64,000 bases of DNA from a bacterium (GCA_037200965.1 JBBCGK010000001.1:448001-512000); one strand, 5' to 3'. Counted from the stretch's first letter, positions 10,352-20,517 are shown. The notes: a model not told the origin generated them from the letters alone. Numbers and translations: made by a program.

Positions 10352-10519
10352 ATGGCCGATATCCCCCACGACATCCGCAGTTCCCTCGCGATCATCAAGA
10401 GCGGTACCGAACTCGCGCTCATGAATCCCGGGCTTGATCCTGAGTCGAAAAAGATATTCGATTCCACGCTTCGCGAAATCGACCGCATACACGAACTTCT
10501 GAAACAGCTTCCGAAATAA
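10352..10519 (+). pseudogene. histidine-kinase remnant: 55-aa ORF with only the H-box/DHp phosphoacceptor segment
   Basis: MADIPHDIRSSLAIIKSGTELALMNPGLDPESKKIFDSTLREIDRIHELLKQLPK matches the HisKA H-box (HDxRxPL). It starts 1 nt after the regulator stop. There is no sensor or ATPase domain, and a terminator follows. Confidence 0.55.
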
Positions 10520-10530
10520 AATCCGGGTAA

Positions 10531-10566
10531 ATCAAAACCGCCCCGTACGGGGCGGTTTTGATTTCT
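10531..10566 (+). terminator. bidirectional rho-independent terminator
   Basis: AAAACCGCCCCGTACGGGGCGGTTTTGATTT lies between convergent genes. Confidence 0.75.
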
Positions 10567-10577
10567 AGCGTGAGAAT

Positions 10578-12134
10578 TTACTTAATCCACGCACGGGTCT
10601 TCGGACCGAAGTAGCCAGCAGCAGGCGTGATGCCGACCGATGCCTGGTACTTTGCGAGCGCGGCCTGGGTAAGGGCCCCGAAGAGGTCGGTTTCCATACC
10701 AGCCGACCCTGGTCCCGTCGCGGCGACCATGAAGCCATGTGCGTTGAGCCACATCTGGAGAGCCTTCACGTCGGCTCCGCTTGAACCGATGGTGAGGTCG
10801 CGGGTGAAGGAAGCCGAAACTCCTCCCATCGCGTTTGCCTGCGCCATAAGTGCTGCGAGCTGCGCGTTGAGGGCTGCAAGCTGCGCTTCTACGCTCGTCG
10901 AGGTGGTAGTCGTGGTGGTGGTAGAACCGGAAGTGCTCGAGCTCGAAGAAGACGAGCCGCCGGAGCTGTGGTGATGGCTTCCGCCACCGCCACCGTTTGT
11001 GCTTCCCGCGCCCGCTCCCACTTCAACGTCGGTGCTGTAAGTGAAGGCGGTTCCTGCGACAGCGGCCGTACAGGTAACCATGACATCGTCTTCGGTACAG
11101 GTGACATCCGTATTCGAAGCAAGCTGCCCGTTCAGTGCTTCAACGACCTGCTGGGCAGTAACATCGGTTCCGGAGCTGTAACTATAATCAGTATCGTTGA
11201 TCGTTACCGTGTACTTCGCGCGAATGACGCTTCCCGGAGTAAAGGTAACTACCTGTGCGGTCGTGCCGTAGTTAGAATCGCCAAGGACGATTGACCCGTT
11301 CGCTCCGTTCGCCCGCGTGAAGGTCAGGTTGGCCGCGCTCGGGTTCGTTACAACGTATGCGCCCGTCGAGCCGTAGCTGGTACCGCCGGTGTACGTAGCA
11401 GCAGCGAGAGCCGCAGCAACTTGATTCGCGGTGAGCACGGACGTGCCGAGGTTGATGACGACACCGTCAACCGTCACCGAATGGTCGCCAGCGTTTGCCG
11501 GGAGACCAGCGGGAATGACGACGGTCGTCGTTGCCGGGATGGCGTTTGCGCCCCCGGCAAGCGCGGTGAGCGTAAATCCTGCGTTCGTCACGCCTTCGGC
11601 CCAATAGCCAGAGTTGACGGCAATATTTCCTGCTGCGCCAGCCGTGTCGTTTGTCAGGACCAGGATTCCCCCGCCGCTGTTAGAGGACGTAATGGTGAGT
11701 GCGGAGGTGACTCCATTGATTGCCGTGTTGATAAGTGCGGCAACGCTTGCGGCGTCGGTCGCGGCGCTAACTGCGATCTCGATGCCTCCTGCTACGCCGT
11801 TGGCATCTTTACAAGCCTGGGCCGTACCCGCATCGCTTGAAAGCGAGTTATCCACGTCGAAGTAGAAACAGACCGCGGTCGCGGCGACTCCGGTGTGCGA
11901 GAGGATGAAGTAATCGTTGTTCGCGAGGTTCGCTTTCGCGACGGCCGTCAGGGTTGACGTTGCCGCGATTGCTACGGTACCGCCGGTAAGGGCGATAGCC
12001 GGGATCGAAGCGGTCTCGGTATTGGCCACAGTTTCCTGTGCGGTCAGGGTCGGCGTGACCGCTGCAAGCCCGACCGAAGGAAGGACAAGAAGCGCGAGCG
12101 CCAGGACCGGGGTTAATAGGGCAAGCTTTTTCAT
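10578..12134 (-). CDS. secreted Thr/Ala/Gly-rich surface protein with C-terminal peptidoglycan-binding (PG_binding_1) domain
   Basis: Start MKKLALLTPVLALALLVLPSVGLAAV (signal peptide). Long low-complexity T/A/G/S region with poly-Ser/Thr and HHH. Coiled coil AQLAALNAQLAALMAQANA. C-terminus FTRDLTIGSSGADVKALQMWLNAHGF...GYFGPKTRAWIK. Confidence 0.75.
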   Translation of the reverse strand: MKKLALLTPVLALALLVLPSVGLAAVTPTLTAQETVANTETASIPAIALTGGTVAIAATSTLTAVAKANLANNDYFILSHTGVAATAVCFYFDVDNSLSSDAGTAQACKDANGVAGGIEIAVSAATDAASVAALINTAINGVTSALTITSSNSGGGILVLTNDTAGAAGNIAVNSGYWAEGVTNAGFTLTALAGGANAIPATTTVVIPAGLPANAGDHSVTVDGVVINLGTSVLTANQVAAALAAATYTGGTSYGSTGAYVVTNPSAANLTFTRANGANGSIVLGDSNYGTTAQVVTFTPGSVIRAKYTVTINDTDYSYSSGTDVTAQQVVEALNGQLASNTDVTCTEDDVMVTCTAAVAGTAFTYSTDVEVGAGAGSTNGGGGGSHHHSSGGSSSSSSSTSGSTTTTTTTSTSVEAQLAALNAQLAALMAQANAMGGVSASFTRDLTIGSSGADVKALQMWLNAHGFMVAATGPGSAGMETDLFGALTQAALAKYQASVGITPAAGYFGPKTRAWIK

Positions 12135-12234
12135 CGTTAAATTAAAGTTGAGACTAATAAATACTTCTTCAGTATACCTACGCACTCCGCATGAAGATAA
12201 GTTATCCCCCATTGGTTCTTCCCTCCCTCAAACG

Positions 12235-12264
12235 CAAAACCCCCGCTTTCGCGGGGGTTTTGCT
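12235..12264 (-). terminator. rho-independent terminator
   Basis: AAAACCCCCGCTTTCGCGGGGGTTTT lies 52 nt beyond the stop of the 12317..14293 gene. Confidence 0.7.
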
Positions 12265-12316
12265 GCCTGACAACTCGTCTGGCTAACGTGTTCCGGAACG
12301 AATCCCGGAAAGCTCG

Positions 12317-14293
12317 TTAGTCAGCCGTGATGTACACAGCGTCGGTCTCGTAGTCCGCATTGTCGAGGTCGACATTGAACTTCGAGAGCGGCGTGAGGTC
12401 ATTCTCTACAGAGTAGTTGACCTCAGCGAGCTGGATCGCGTACTGACCGGTGCCGGTCAAGGTGAGCGGATCAAGAGTGACGGTGAGCGTGAACGTTTCC
12501 GTCGCGCCTGCGTCAACCTTGAAGTTTCCGTTCTTCGTGTGCGCCGTCGAAGAAAGCGTTGCCGTCTTCGAGTCGAACGCGACCGAGGTGGTTGCACCGT
12601 TCTTGATGATGTCGTAGACCGCACCGGCAGTGTCGTTGCCAAGCGTCGAGCTTGCAGCCGTCTTACCGATGAAGATCGGATCATCCTCGTCAGCCGTCAC
12701 ATCGAACTTGATGATGAAGGTACCGTACGCATCGGAGTTGTCGGTCGAAGCCGTTACCGATTGCGAGGTGCTCTTCGGCGCGACATCGAAGCCGGTCTCC
12801 GAGACCATGTGGTCTTCAGAGGTTGCCGAGCCGGAGATGTCGGTCGATTCGACTTCGTCACCGCTTTCGACGCCCTCAGCCTCTACGCTCGAGTGATCGA
12901 TCGCGAAGGTGATGGTGTTCGGAAGGTCGGAAGCGTATCCGCTGTCCGAAGCGAACTCGACGGAGAGGGTGAAGGTCTTGGTGCTGTCACCGTCAACCTG
13001 CGCCTCAATGTCGTCAAAGTCGATGGTTCCGTCATCGTTGATGTCGCCATCGTACTCATCATCGCCGTCGGAGACGGTCGCCTTCCGGATGATATCCGAT
13101 ACATCGGCGGTGTTGAAGAGATCAGAGCTCGTCGCGACCGTGATGGTGAAGTCGGTGATGAGCGTATCCGCGTTGTCCTTGTTGCGGACATCCCATGCGA
13201 ATACGTCATATGCGTCCGAGGACTGGTCGTTCTCGACCTTAAGGGTCGTGGCATCCGGATTCTCGTCGCTTTCGCGGATCGAGAGGTCACCGTTCTCCTC
13301 GGCCTGGAAGTCGAAGCCAACCTTGTCGCTCGTCTTACCCGTGTACTGCTGGATGCCAGCGGCATCGATTGCGCGGATACCCTGGTCGGTCTCTACGGAG
13401 AGATCGAAGGATCCGTCATCGACATCGTCGTCGTCCATGTTGTCCGCGATGTCCGCTGCGAAGGTGAGCTCGGCAGTGCTGCCGTCCCTCACCATGTAAT
13501 CGAAGCCGGAAACCGAGATAGTGTAGACGCCGTCATCCTGGTCATCCCAATCGGCACGGCTGTCGGCATTGACATCGGCAAGCTTCTTGCCGTTGCCCCA
13601 TACCGAGATCGTGTCGAAGTAGTCCCAAGGGCGCTCGCTTGCGGAACCCGAACCGGTGAATTCCACCGTGAGTTCTGCGCGCTGCACGTTCACGTCACCG
13701 CCGTCAACGTCGAACTTCGCCGTTGCAAGCTTGACGTCCTGCTCGCCTTCCGCGCCGTCTCCGTCCTCCGAGCGGAGGTCGAAGTCAGTGAGGTCCGCCT
13801 CGCCGCCCTTAAGGGTCGTCGTGGTGGTCGTGGTCGAGCCGCCAGTCGTGGTGGTCGTGGTGGTCGTAGCGGACATCGAAGCGACCTTGGCGCGAGTGAT
13901 CGGACCGAAGTAGCCTGCTGCCGGGCTTACGCCGTTTGCAGCCTGCCATGCGGCGAGAGCCGCCTTGGTCTGAGCACCGAAGTAGCCGGTTGCGCCAGCT
14001 GGGATCGCGAAGCCTTTCGCGATGAGCCAGGTCTGGAGCGCGGTTACGTCTGCGCCGGTCGAACCGATGGTGAGGTCACGAGTGAACGTGGTGCTCGTCG
14101 TGGTGGTCGTAGAGCCGTTCACCTGCGCCTGAAGCGCTGCGATGGTCTGCATGAGCGTCGCGATCTGCGCCTGGAGATCCGCCTGGCTCTGTGCGTGTGC
14201 CGGAGCAACTGCCGCAACAAAGGAAAGCGAAGCCGCCATAGCGAGACCGGCCGCAACTGCAGCGATCTTGGAGATCGAAGTTGCTTTAGTCAT
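12317..14293 (-). CDS. secreted surface protein: N-terminal coiled coil + PG_binding_1 domain, poly-Thr linkers, long acidic (D/E-rich) beta-rich region
   Basis: MTKATSISKIAAVAAGLAMAASLSFVAAVAPAHA (signal). ADLQAQIATLMQTIAALQAQV. FTRDLTIGSTGADVTALQTWLIAKGF...GYFGAQTKAALAAWQAANGV...GYFGPITRAKV. TTTTTTTTGGSTTTTTTT. Then ~450 aa that are D/E/T/S-rich. Confidence 0.8.
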   Translation of the reverse strand: MTKATSISKIAAVAAGLAMAASLSFVAAVAPAHAQSQADLQAQIATLMQTIAALQAQVNGSTTTTTSTTFTRDLTIGSTGADVTALQTWLIAKGFAIPAGATGYFGAQTKAALAAWQAANGVSPAAGYFGPITRAKVASMSATTTTTTTTGGSTTTTTTTLKGGEADLTDFDLRSEDGDGAEGEQDVKLATAKFDVDGGDVNVQRAELTVEFTGSGSASERPWDYFDTISVWGNGKKLADVNADSRADWDDQDDGVYTISVSGFDYMVRDGSTAELTFAADIADNMDDDDVDDGSFDLSVETDQGIRAIDAAGIQQYTGKTSDKVGFDFQAEENGDLSIRESDENPDATTLKVENDQSSDAYDVFAWDVRNKDNADTLITDFTITVATSSDLFNTADVSDIIRKATVSDGDDEYDGDINDDGTIDFDDIEAQVDGDSTKTFTLSVEFASDSGYASDLPNTITFAIDHSSVEAEGVESGDEVESTDISGSATSEDHMVSETGFDVAPKSTSQSVTASTDNSDAYGTFIIKFDVTADEDDPIFIGKTAASSTLGNDTAGAVYDIIKNGATTSVAFDSKTATLSSTAHTKNGNFKVDAGATETFTLTVTLDPLTLTGTGQYAIQLAEVNYSVENDLTPLSKFNVDLDNADYETDAVYITAD

Positions 14294-14831
14294 AACTTGG
14301 TGTGCTTGTTTAATTTGGAACGCATGCGTCCGCGGCGTAACTGATAAGGTGCCGCGGCGCGCATGCGCGTTTTAAGTAATGTGAGTTCGCACAAGAACTT
14401 CGCACTTTCAAACTACCCCGCGAAACGCGGTATCGACCTGCGCTCCCCGGGTTAGTTGGCAAGGTTTGGCGGAATTCGGCGGTTCTTTCGTAGAGGTAAA
14501 GCGGTCGTTCGGTACTCCGTTTTAGCAAACGGGCAAACACGCGGATGCTCCCGCGATTTTCTATGTACGCGCTTTCACGCGTTATTTCATTTTCAAAGTC
14601 CGGTCACTTCTGCCTGCTGCCCCGTATACAGTGACTGGATCAAAGTATACGGGATAGCCGCGGCGTTCTATACCGCAAGAAGCCTGTATGAATGTGGATA
14701 ACCGACTCCGCCTGGAAAACACAAAGAGGCCGTTTCCGGCCGCAGTCGTGATTACCGGTAGGTCGTCACCACATATAGAAGATACCTCCTGCGGCGGCCT
14801 AAGTCAATCTACCTCTAACTACCCAAAGAAA

Positions 14832-15617
14832 TTATGAAGGCTGCCCGGCAAGGCGATATGAGGTCCACCTGCGTTCCCCCGCTTTAATCACAACTCCTTC
14901 ATCGACAAGGGCCTGGAGCTCCCGCTGGATAGTCTTCTCGCTTACGTCTCGTATTACCATCGAAACATCCTTTATATAGAGGGGGCCTTTCCCGCGCAGT
15001 ACGGCAAGTACGGCATCGCGGCGTCCTGATTTGCGCGGTTTGTCCGATATTTGTCCTATATGTCCTATATGCTCCGGGCGGTTCGCCGGTGTCCCCGGAC
15101 GCGATTGCGGAATGGGTTTTACAAGCGTCTGAATGTTTCTTTGCGTCAGGATCTTGGCGAGTTCGGCAAGGGTCGGCGTGTTCTCAAGCATGACGCGCGG
15201 CTCCTCATAGGCAGCAACTTCCTGGAGAAGTTCCCGGGCCTCATGCGCGATTAGGTCGGCATTCATGGAAGAGAGGAGGCCTCCGGTACGGGCGATCGCC
15301 AAAACACTTGAGAGCGCAAGAAGCTCGCGGGAAAGAGCCTCGCGCGCTTCTCGCGGTGCGAGTATCGCGCCGTCTATGAGGCCGACGGCGACCGCGTCGA
15401 TCTTGTCTCTTAGAGAGGGCGCGCGGGAAAATGCCGGACTTACTAAATGCACGGCTTTCGCGAGGCGCTCCGCTTTCTTGTAAATGAATACGCGACGTAT
15501 GTCCTTATCGAATATGTTGGAGAATATGCTCTTCTCTAGGACAAAGTCAGACAAGTCGGGGTTATAAGGACGCTGTGCGCTTGACTGGATTTCTGGATGT
15601 TGTCCTTTTTCCGCCAT
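14832..15617 (-). CDS. hypothetical protein with C-terminal winged-HTH-like region
   Basis: 261-aa ORF. The C-terminus ...IKDVSMVIRDVSEKTIQRELQALVDEGVVIKAGERRWTSYRL resembles a DNA-binding wHTH. Confidence 0.5.
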   Translation of the reverse strand: MAEKGQHPEIQSSAQRPYNPDLSDFVLEKSIFSNIFDKDIRRVFIYKKAERLAKAVHLVSPAFSRAPSLRDKIDAVAVGLIDGAILAPREAREALSRELLALSSVLAIARTGGLLSSMNADLIAHEARELLQEVAAYEEPRVMLENTPTLAELAKILTQRNIQTLVKPIPQSRPGTPANRPEHIGHIGQISDKPRKSGRRDAVLAVLRGKGPLYIKDVSMVIRDVSEKTIQRELQALVDEGVVIKAGERRWTSYRLAGQPS

Positions 15618-15722
15618 AAAGTCTTTTATGTAGTTCGTCCTTGAGAAGGAGTATATGTCTTATATACCGCTCGCGCAAATGTGTATAACACCGCCAGAAA
15701 ACCTAAGTGGTACAATGCTTAA

Positions 15723-17960
15723 ATGAAGAAAGCCAAGAAGAAAAATGTCGAGACGTACGAAACGCTGTTGCGGATCGCTGCGGCCATAGTACTTCTCGCC
15801 CTTGGCGCGCTTATGGGACTTGCGGCGTTCGCGGACCTTGGCGGATCTCCTCTTGCGGGTCCAGTCGGCTCTACGATATTCGGGTTTGCGTATCTTCTCG
15901 TCGGTATCGGCGCATTTCTTCTGCCGCTCCTTATGATTTGGCTTGGAATCTATGCGGGTTTCAGGCGTCCGCGCATCGCGCCCCTTACCGCAGCCGGTAC
16001 CGCGCTCATCCTCGCTGCGGTGCTCGCTTTCGCCGGGCTGTTTTCCAAAACCGTCGGAGGCCTTGCAGGTGCTTCCCTTGGAGACGAACTTCAACAGTTC
16101 TTCGGATTTTGGGGGGCGCTTGTCCTGGTACTTGCGATAGCAGCTGCGGGGATCGTTATCGTAAGCGATGTGGCGGCCATAGTACGTGTACTGGTAAACG
16201 CGCTCGCCGCGCTTGGCCGGGCAATCGGGAACGCGTGGCTTGCGGCGATTGCGCGCAGGCGCGAACGAAGGCTTGAGCGACAGGCGCAGGAGCTTGAAGA
16301 CAACATTGCTACAGAATCTTCGGAAACGGAGGCCGAAGTGGCACCACAGGAAGTATCGGATGAGCTCGTCGAGCGAGACCCGCTCGTCACGATGTTTAAC
16401 GAAAGCCCGTCCCAAGCCCGTGCGGCGTCCCCCGGCGGCATCCCGAGCTTTGATGCCGAGTACGACGCCCCTCCCCTCTCACTCCTTGGGGGCGACAAGG
16501 GCAAGCCTGACGTAGGCGACATAAAGGCGAACGCCAATATCATCAAGCGCACGTTCCAAAATTTCGGCATTAACGTGGAGATGGACGAAGTATCGGTTGG
16601 CCCTACCGTCACGCGCTACGCGATAAAACCGGCGGAAGGAGTGCGACTTTCAAAAATAATATCGCTCCAAAACAACCTTGAGCTTGCACTCGCCGCGCAT
16701 CCCGTGCGCATCGAGGCGCCGATCCCAGGCAAGTCGCTTGTCGGTATCGAGGTCCCGAACGCCTCAAAAGCGACCGTGGGCCTCGGCGGCGTTATGGGCG
16801 CGCCGGAGTGGACCAAGAGCGCGAAGCCGCTTCTCGCGGCGCTTGGCCGTGATATCACCGGCACGCCGCACTACGTGAACATCGCGAAGATGCCGCACGG
16901 ACTTGTCGCGGGCGCGACCGGTTCCGGAAAGTCGGTTGCCATGCACGCAATCATCACTTCCCTGCTCTATCGGAACGGCCCGAACCAGCTGCGGTTCATC
17001 ATGGTCGACCCGAAGCGCGTCGAGCTCACCCTCTATAACGGCATCCCCCACCTTCTCACGCCCGTCATCACCGACTCGAAGAAGGCGATCCTTGCGCTTA
17101 AGTGGGCGGCGAAGGAAATGGAACGCCGCTACAACATCCTCGAGGCCGAGACCGTGCGCGATATTGATTCCTATCACGCGACCGTCTTTGAGCCCGCAAA
17201 GAAACTTAAGGGCGAGGCGCGCCCGGAAGCGATGCCGTTCATTGTCATCGTCATCGACGAGCTCGCCGATATTATGCAGACCTATCCGCGGGAACTCGAA
17301 GCGGCTATCGTGCGCCTTGCGCAGATGAGCCGCGCCGTGGGCATCCACCTGGTCCTTTCGACACAGCGCCCTTCGGTGAATGTCATCACCGGCCTCATCA
17401 AGGCGAACGTGCCAACGCGTATGGCGCTTCAGGTGGCCTCGCAGATCGATTCGCGCACCATTCTCGACTCGGGCGGCGCCGAAATGCTTCTTGGCGCCGG
17501 GGACATGCTCTATCTCTCGGCCGATATGCAAAAGCCGGTACGCATCCAGACCGCCTATATAGGAGAGGGTGAAGTGAAGAAGGTGGTGCAGTATATAAAA
17601 AAGAACAATGCGGGCGATCTTTCTTCGCTTGACCTTGGAGGTACAGGCGGCGCATCTGAAGGCCCGAATGACGCGATCCTCATGGCGGGAGAAGATGACG
17701 ACGTGGACGACGACCTCTACACACAGGCAAAGGCAGCGGTCGAAGAAGCGGGCCGGGCTTCCACGTCGTACCTGCAGCGCAAGCTCCGCATCGGATATTC
17801 CCGCGCGGCCCGCCTCATGGATCTCCTTGAGGCCAAGGGGGTCATCGGCACTGCCGATGGCAGTAAGCCCCGAGAGGTGCTCACGGCAGCGGGAGCCGCG
17901 GCAGCCGCGTCTTCCGCCGATCTCTCCCCTTCCGAAGATGAAGAACCGTCAGTCTTCTAG
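15723..17960 (+). CDS. ftsK: DNA translocase FtsK/SpoIIIE
   Basis: N-terminal TM segments. Walker A GATGSGKSVAMHAIITSLL. Walker B FIVIVIDELADIM. C-terminal gamma (winged-helix) domain TSYLQRKLRIGYSRAARLMDLLEAKGVIG. Confidence 0.9.
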   Translation: MKKAKKKNVETYETLLRIAAAIVLLALGALMGLAAFADLGGSPLAGPVGSTIFGFAYLLVGIGAFLLPLLMIWLGIYAGFRRPRIAPLTAAGTALILAAVLAFAGLFSKTVGGLAGASLGDELQQFFGFWGALVLVLAIAAAGIVIVSDVAAIVRVLVNALAALGRAIGNAWLAAIARRRERRLERQAQELEDNIATESSETEAEVAPQEVSDELVERDPLVTMFNESPSQARAASPGGIPSFDAEYDAPPLSLLGGDKGKPDVGDIKANANIIKRTFQNFGINVEMDEVSVGPTVTRYAIKPAEGVRLSKIISLQNNLELALAAHPVRIEAPIPGKSLVGIEVPNASKATVGLGGVMGAPEWTKSAKPLLAALGRDITGTPHYVNIAKMPHGLVAGATGSGKSVAMHAIITSLLYRNGPNQLRFIMVDPKRVELTLYNGIPHLLTPVITDSKKAILALKWAAKEMERRYNILEAETVRDIDSYHATVFEPAKKLKGEARPEAMPFIVIVIDELADIMQTYPRELEAAIVRLAQMSRAVGIHLVLSTQRPSVNVITGLIKANVPTRMALQVASQIDSRTILDSGGAEMLLGAGDMLYLSADMQKPVRIQTAYIGEGEVKKVVQYIKKNNAGDLSSLDLGGTGGASEGPNDAILMAGEDDDVDDDLYTQAKAAVEEAGRASTSYLQRKLRIGYSRAARLMDLLEAKGVIGTADGSKPREVLTAAGAAAAASSADLSPSEDEEPSVF

Positions 17961-17975
17961 GGCGCCGAAGACGCC

Positions 17976-18302
17976 ATGCTAGTCCGTATAGCTATCCCCC
18001 TGGTACTTCTCGCCATTCTTGGCTTCGGGGTCGTGAAAGGACTGCCGCTTGTCCTCGGGCCCCGCATCGTCCTTTCTTCCCCCGCAGACGGGGCCGTTAT
18101 TCCCGACGGATTCCTCGTGGTCTCCGGCACCGCGTACCGGATCGACTCGCTCACCCTCAACGGCGCAAAGATTCTCCCGGAGGCCAGCGGGCACTTCGAG
18201 AAGCTCCTGGTACTCCCTTCGGGGCATACTATACTGTCCCTGACCGCCGCCGACCGCTTCGGGAGGTCCACGATCCTTCGCCGCACGGTCGTCGTTCCGT
18301 AG
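17976..18302 (+). CDS. hypothetical membrane-anchored protein
   Basis: 108 aa with an N-terminal TM helix (IAIPLVLLAILGFGVV) directly downstream of ftsK. Confidence 0.45.
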   Translation: MLVRIAIPLVLLAILGFGVVKGLPLVLGPRIVLSSPADGAVIPDGFLVVSGTAYRIDSLTLNGAKILPEASGHFEKLLVLPSGHTILSLTAADRFGRSTILRRTVVVP

Positions 18303-18352
18303 TCCTTTGTTTCAGATTTATTTCATAACTTACCCGTTAGCCTTACGAAACC

Positions 18353-19402
18353 ATGGCCGCCAAGAAATCCGCAAAGACCGCAGAAAAAGAAAATCAGGCC
18401 GAAGGGGCCGCGCCTCAGTCCGACAAGCAGAAGTCTATCGACCGTGCGATCAAGGAAATCCAGACCAAGTTCGGCGATGAGGCCATCATGACGTATGGCT
18501 CCACTTCCCCGGCAAAAATCGCATTCGTTCCGACGGGCTCGATCGGGCTCGACGCGGCGCTCGGGATCGGCGGGCTTCCCCGCGGCCGCATCATCGAAAT
18601 ATACGGGCCAGAATCCTCAGGCAAGACGACGCTTGCGCTCCATGTGATAAGCGAAGCACAGAAGCTTGGCGGCATCTGCGCGTTCGTCGACGCCGAACAT
18701 GCGCTTGATCCGGAATACGCACGCAGGATCGGCGTACGGCTCCAAGAGCTTTTGATATCGCAGCCGGATACCGGCGAACAGGCGCTCGAGATCGTCGAGA
18801 GCCTCGTGCGCGCCGGCTCGGTCGACGTGATCGTGGTCGACTCGGTCGCCGCGCTTACCCCGAAAGACGAGATCGAGGGCGACATGGGACAGGCCCAGAT
18901 GGGCAAGCAGGCCAGACTCATGTCCCAGGCGCTCAGGAAGCTCACGGCCATCACCGCGAAGTCGAAGACCATCATCATTTTCATCAACCAGATCCGCATG
19001 CAGCTCGGCGTGATGTTCGGGAATCCCGAGACGACGACCGGCGGCAAAGCCCTCAAGTTCTATACTTCCGTGCGCCTCGACATCAGGCGCATCGCATCCA
19101 TCAAGAAGGGCGAAGAAGTTGTCGGCGGGAGGGTGCGGGTGAAGGTGGTGAAGAACAAGGTGGCGGCGCCCTTTAAGACCACCGAGTTCGATCTCCTCTA
19201 TAACGAAGGCATCAGCCGCGAAGGCGAGCTTATCGCGCTTGGTGAGAAGTATGAGCTCGTGCAGAAATCAGGCAATACGTACAAATTCGGCGAACAGAAG
19301 CTTGCCGTCGGGTACGATGCTTCGCGCACCTTCCTCAGGGAGAACAAGGCTATCGCGAACGATCTTCTGAAGCAGATCAGAGCGAAGCTTGCGGAGGGGT
19401 AA
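18353..19402 (+). CDS. recA: recombinase RecA
   Basis: ...[55 protein letters not shown]...[13 protein letters not shown]... is the canonical RecA core. Confidence 0.95.
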   Translation: MAAKKSAKTAEKENQAEGAAPQSDKQKSIDRAIKEIQTKFGDEAIMTYGSTSPAKIAFVPTGSIGLDAALGIGGLPRGRIIEIYGPESSGKTTLALHVISEAQKLGGICAFVDAEHALDPEYARRIGVRLQELLISQPDTGEQALEIVESLVRAGSVDVIVVDSVAALTPKDEIEGDMGQAQMGKQARLMSQALRKLTAITAKSKTIIIFINQIRMQLGVMFGNPETTTGGKALKFYTSVRLDIRRIASIKKGEEVVGGRVRVKVVKNKVAAPFKTTEFDLLYNEGISREGELIALGEKYELVQKSGNTYKFGEQKLAVGYDASRTFLRENKAIANDLLKQIRAKLAEG

Positions 19403-19408
19403 ATTCTT

Positions 19409-20149
19409 ATGAGGGAAGGATACGTCGCTCCGAAGCAATCAGGTGAGACATCGCCTGAAATGCGGATTACCGCTTGTATCGGAGCAAAGGCGGATTTCGA
19501 CCCGTACACACGAGCAGATATACACGATTTGGACGCCATCCCCGTCGACTATTACGGGAACACAAAAAAATGGAACCGCTTCAATCAACTTAATGGAGGC
19601 GAGGGTACCTATGTAATTTCGGCCATCGATGCAAGCAATAAGGAATCGAAAGATTATCTCGACTGTACCGGTCTTGCCGCCGTAGGCACGGATAAGAGAT
19701 CTGGTGAAACTGTTTCGCTTTTGACTCATCAAGACCCCAAACAGATCGTACAAGAACACCGCGATCGGTACATTGTCGATATGACATCGCGTTTAATGGA
19801 ATTGCATGACAACTGCTCCCCTCATTCAATCGATGTGATGCTTTTTGGTGGAGCGGCAAGGAATTCCGAAGATATGAAAGGGTACCGAGAATCAATTATG
19901 CTTCTAAGGAAACTGTGCGAAAAGACCCTAGGCATCGATCCGCATGTCGTAGTAGGACCGAACAATCCTGATTTTAATCAATGGGATTGGGAGGTTGGAG
20001 CGGTACTCGATACCAAGCATCGGCGACTTTATATTACTCGAGCGCCACAAGATACAGTTCGTGATGCCGAAACTAGTTTTGGATTCAAAGCTTCTGAACT
20101 CGAAAACGTCGAGAGGCGGTGGCGAAACCCTTCCAACGGAAAAACTTAA
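19409..20149 (+). CDS. hypothetical protein (AT-richer than surroundings)
   Basis: 246-aa ORF starting 7 nt after the recA stop. It has no recognisable motifs. Its composition is visibly lower-GC than recA. Confidence 0.5.
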   Translation: MREGYVAPKQSGETSPEMRITACIGAKADFDPYTRADIHDLDAIPVDYYGNTKKWNRFNQLNGGEGTYVISAIDASNKESKDYLDCTGLAAVGTDKRSGETVSLLTHQDPKQIVQEHRDRYIVDMTSRLMELHDNCSPHSIDVMLFGGAARNSEDMKGYRESIMLLRKLCEKTLGIDPHVVVGPNNPDFNQWDWEVGAVLDTKHRRLYITRAPQDTVRDAETSFGFKASELENVERRWRNPSNGKT

Positions 20150-20168
20150 TGGGTATCGTTTAGAATTT

Positions 20169-20504
20169 CTAGGCTTGTACTGAAATAGCAGCAGAAAAAA
20201 CAAACGCCCGCGCGGTCTCGCGCGCAAGATAGACAACCGCCACGAGCACGACGAGCGAAAGCAGCTGTACCGGCAGGCGTGTGTCAAGAAATGCAGAGAC
20301 CCAGAAGTGCATAAAGGCGTTTATATGCGCGAGCGACGGCGCGTTCGCAAATACCTTCGCCACCCACACTTCCCTGCCGATGCCGTAGAGCGCGAATGCG
20401 GCAAGAATAAGTGCCCCGGTCTCGAGGCTCAGGGCCATGCGCGAAGCGCGTATGATGCGCACCCGGCGCATCACGGTTTTCTGGATCGCAGAGGTTGGTT
20501 CCAT
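20169..20504 (-). CDS. putative membrane anti-sigma factor (partner of the ECF sigma)
   Basis: 111 aa with TM helices. It starts 14 nt after the stop of the ECF sigma gene on the same strand. Confidence 0.4.
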   Translation of the reverse strand: MEPTSAIQKTVMRRVRIIRASRMALSLETGALILAAFALYGIGREVWVAKVFANAPSLAHINAFMHFWVSAFLDTRLPVQLLSLVVLVAVVYLARETARAFVFSAAISVQA

Positions 20505-20517
20505 ACGGAAAAGATAA

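Noticed and set aside
12539-14344. 601-aa ORF on the plus strand
   Set aside because: It is antisense to the 658-aa surface-protein gene. It is Arg/Gly-rich with no domain signal and is typical of GC-rich antisense frames.
14294-14831. Search for tRNA, tmRNA, RNase P or SRP RNA in this and other long intergenic regions
   Set aside because: No cloverleaf, tRNA-like 3' end (GGTTCGAxTCC...CCA) or conserved RNase P/SRP boxes could be recognised by eye. The regions are reported only as structured non-coding regions.
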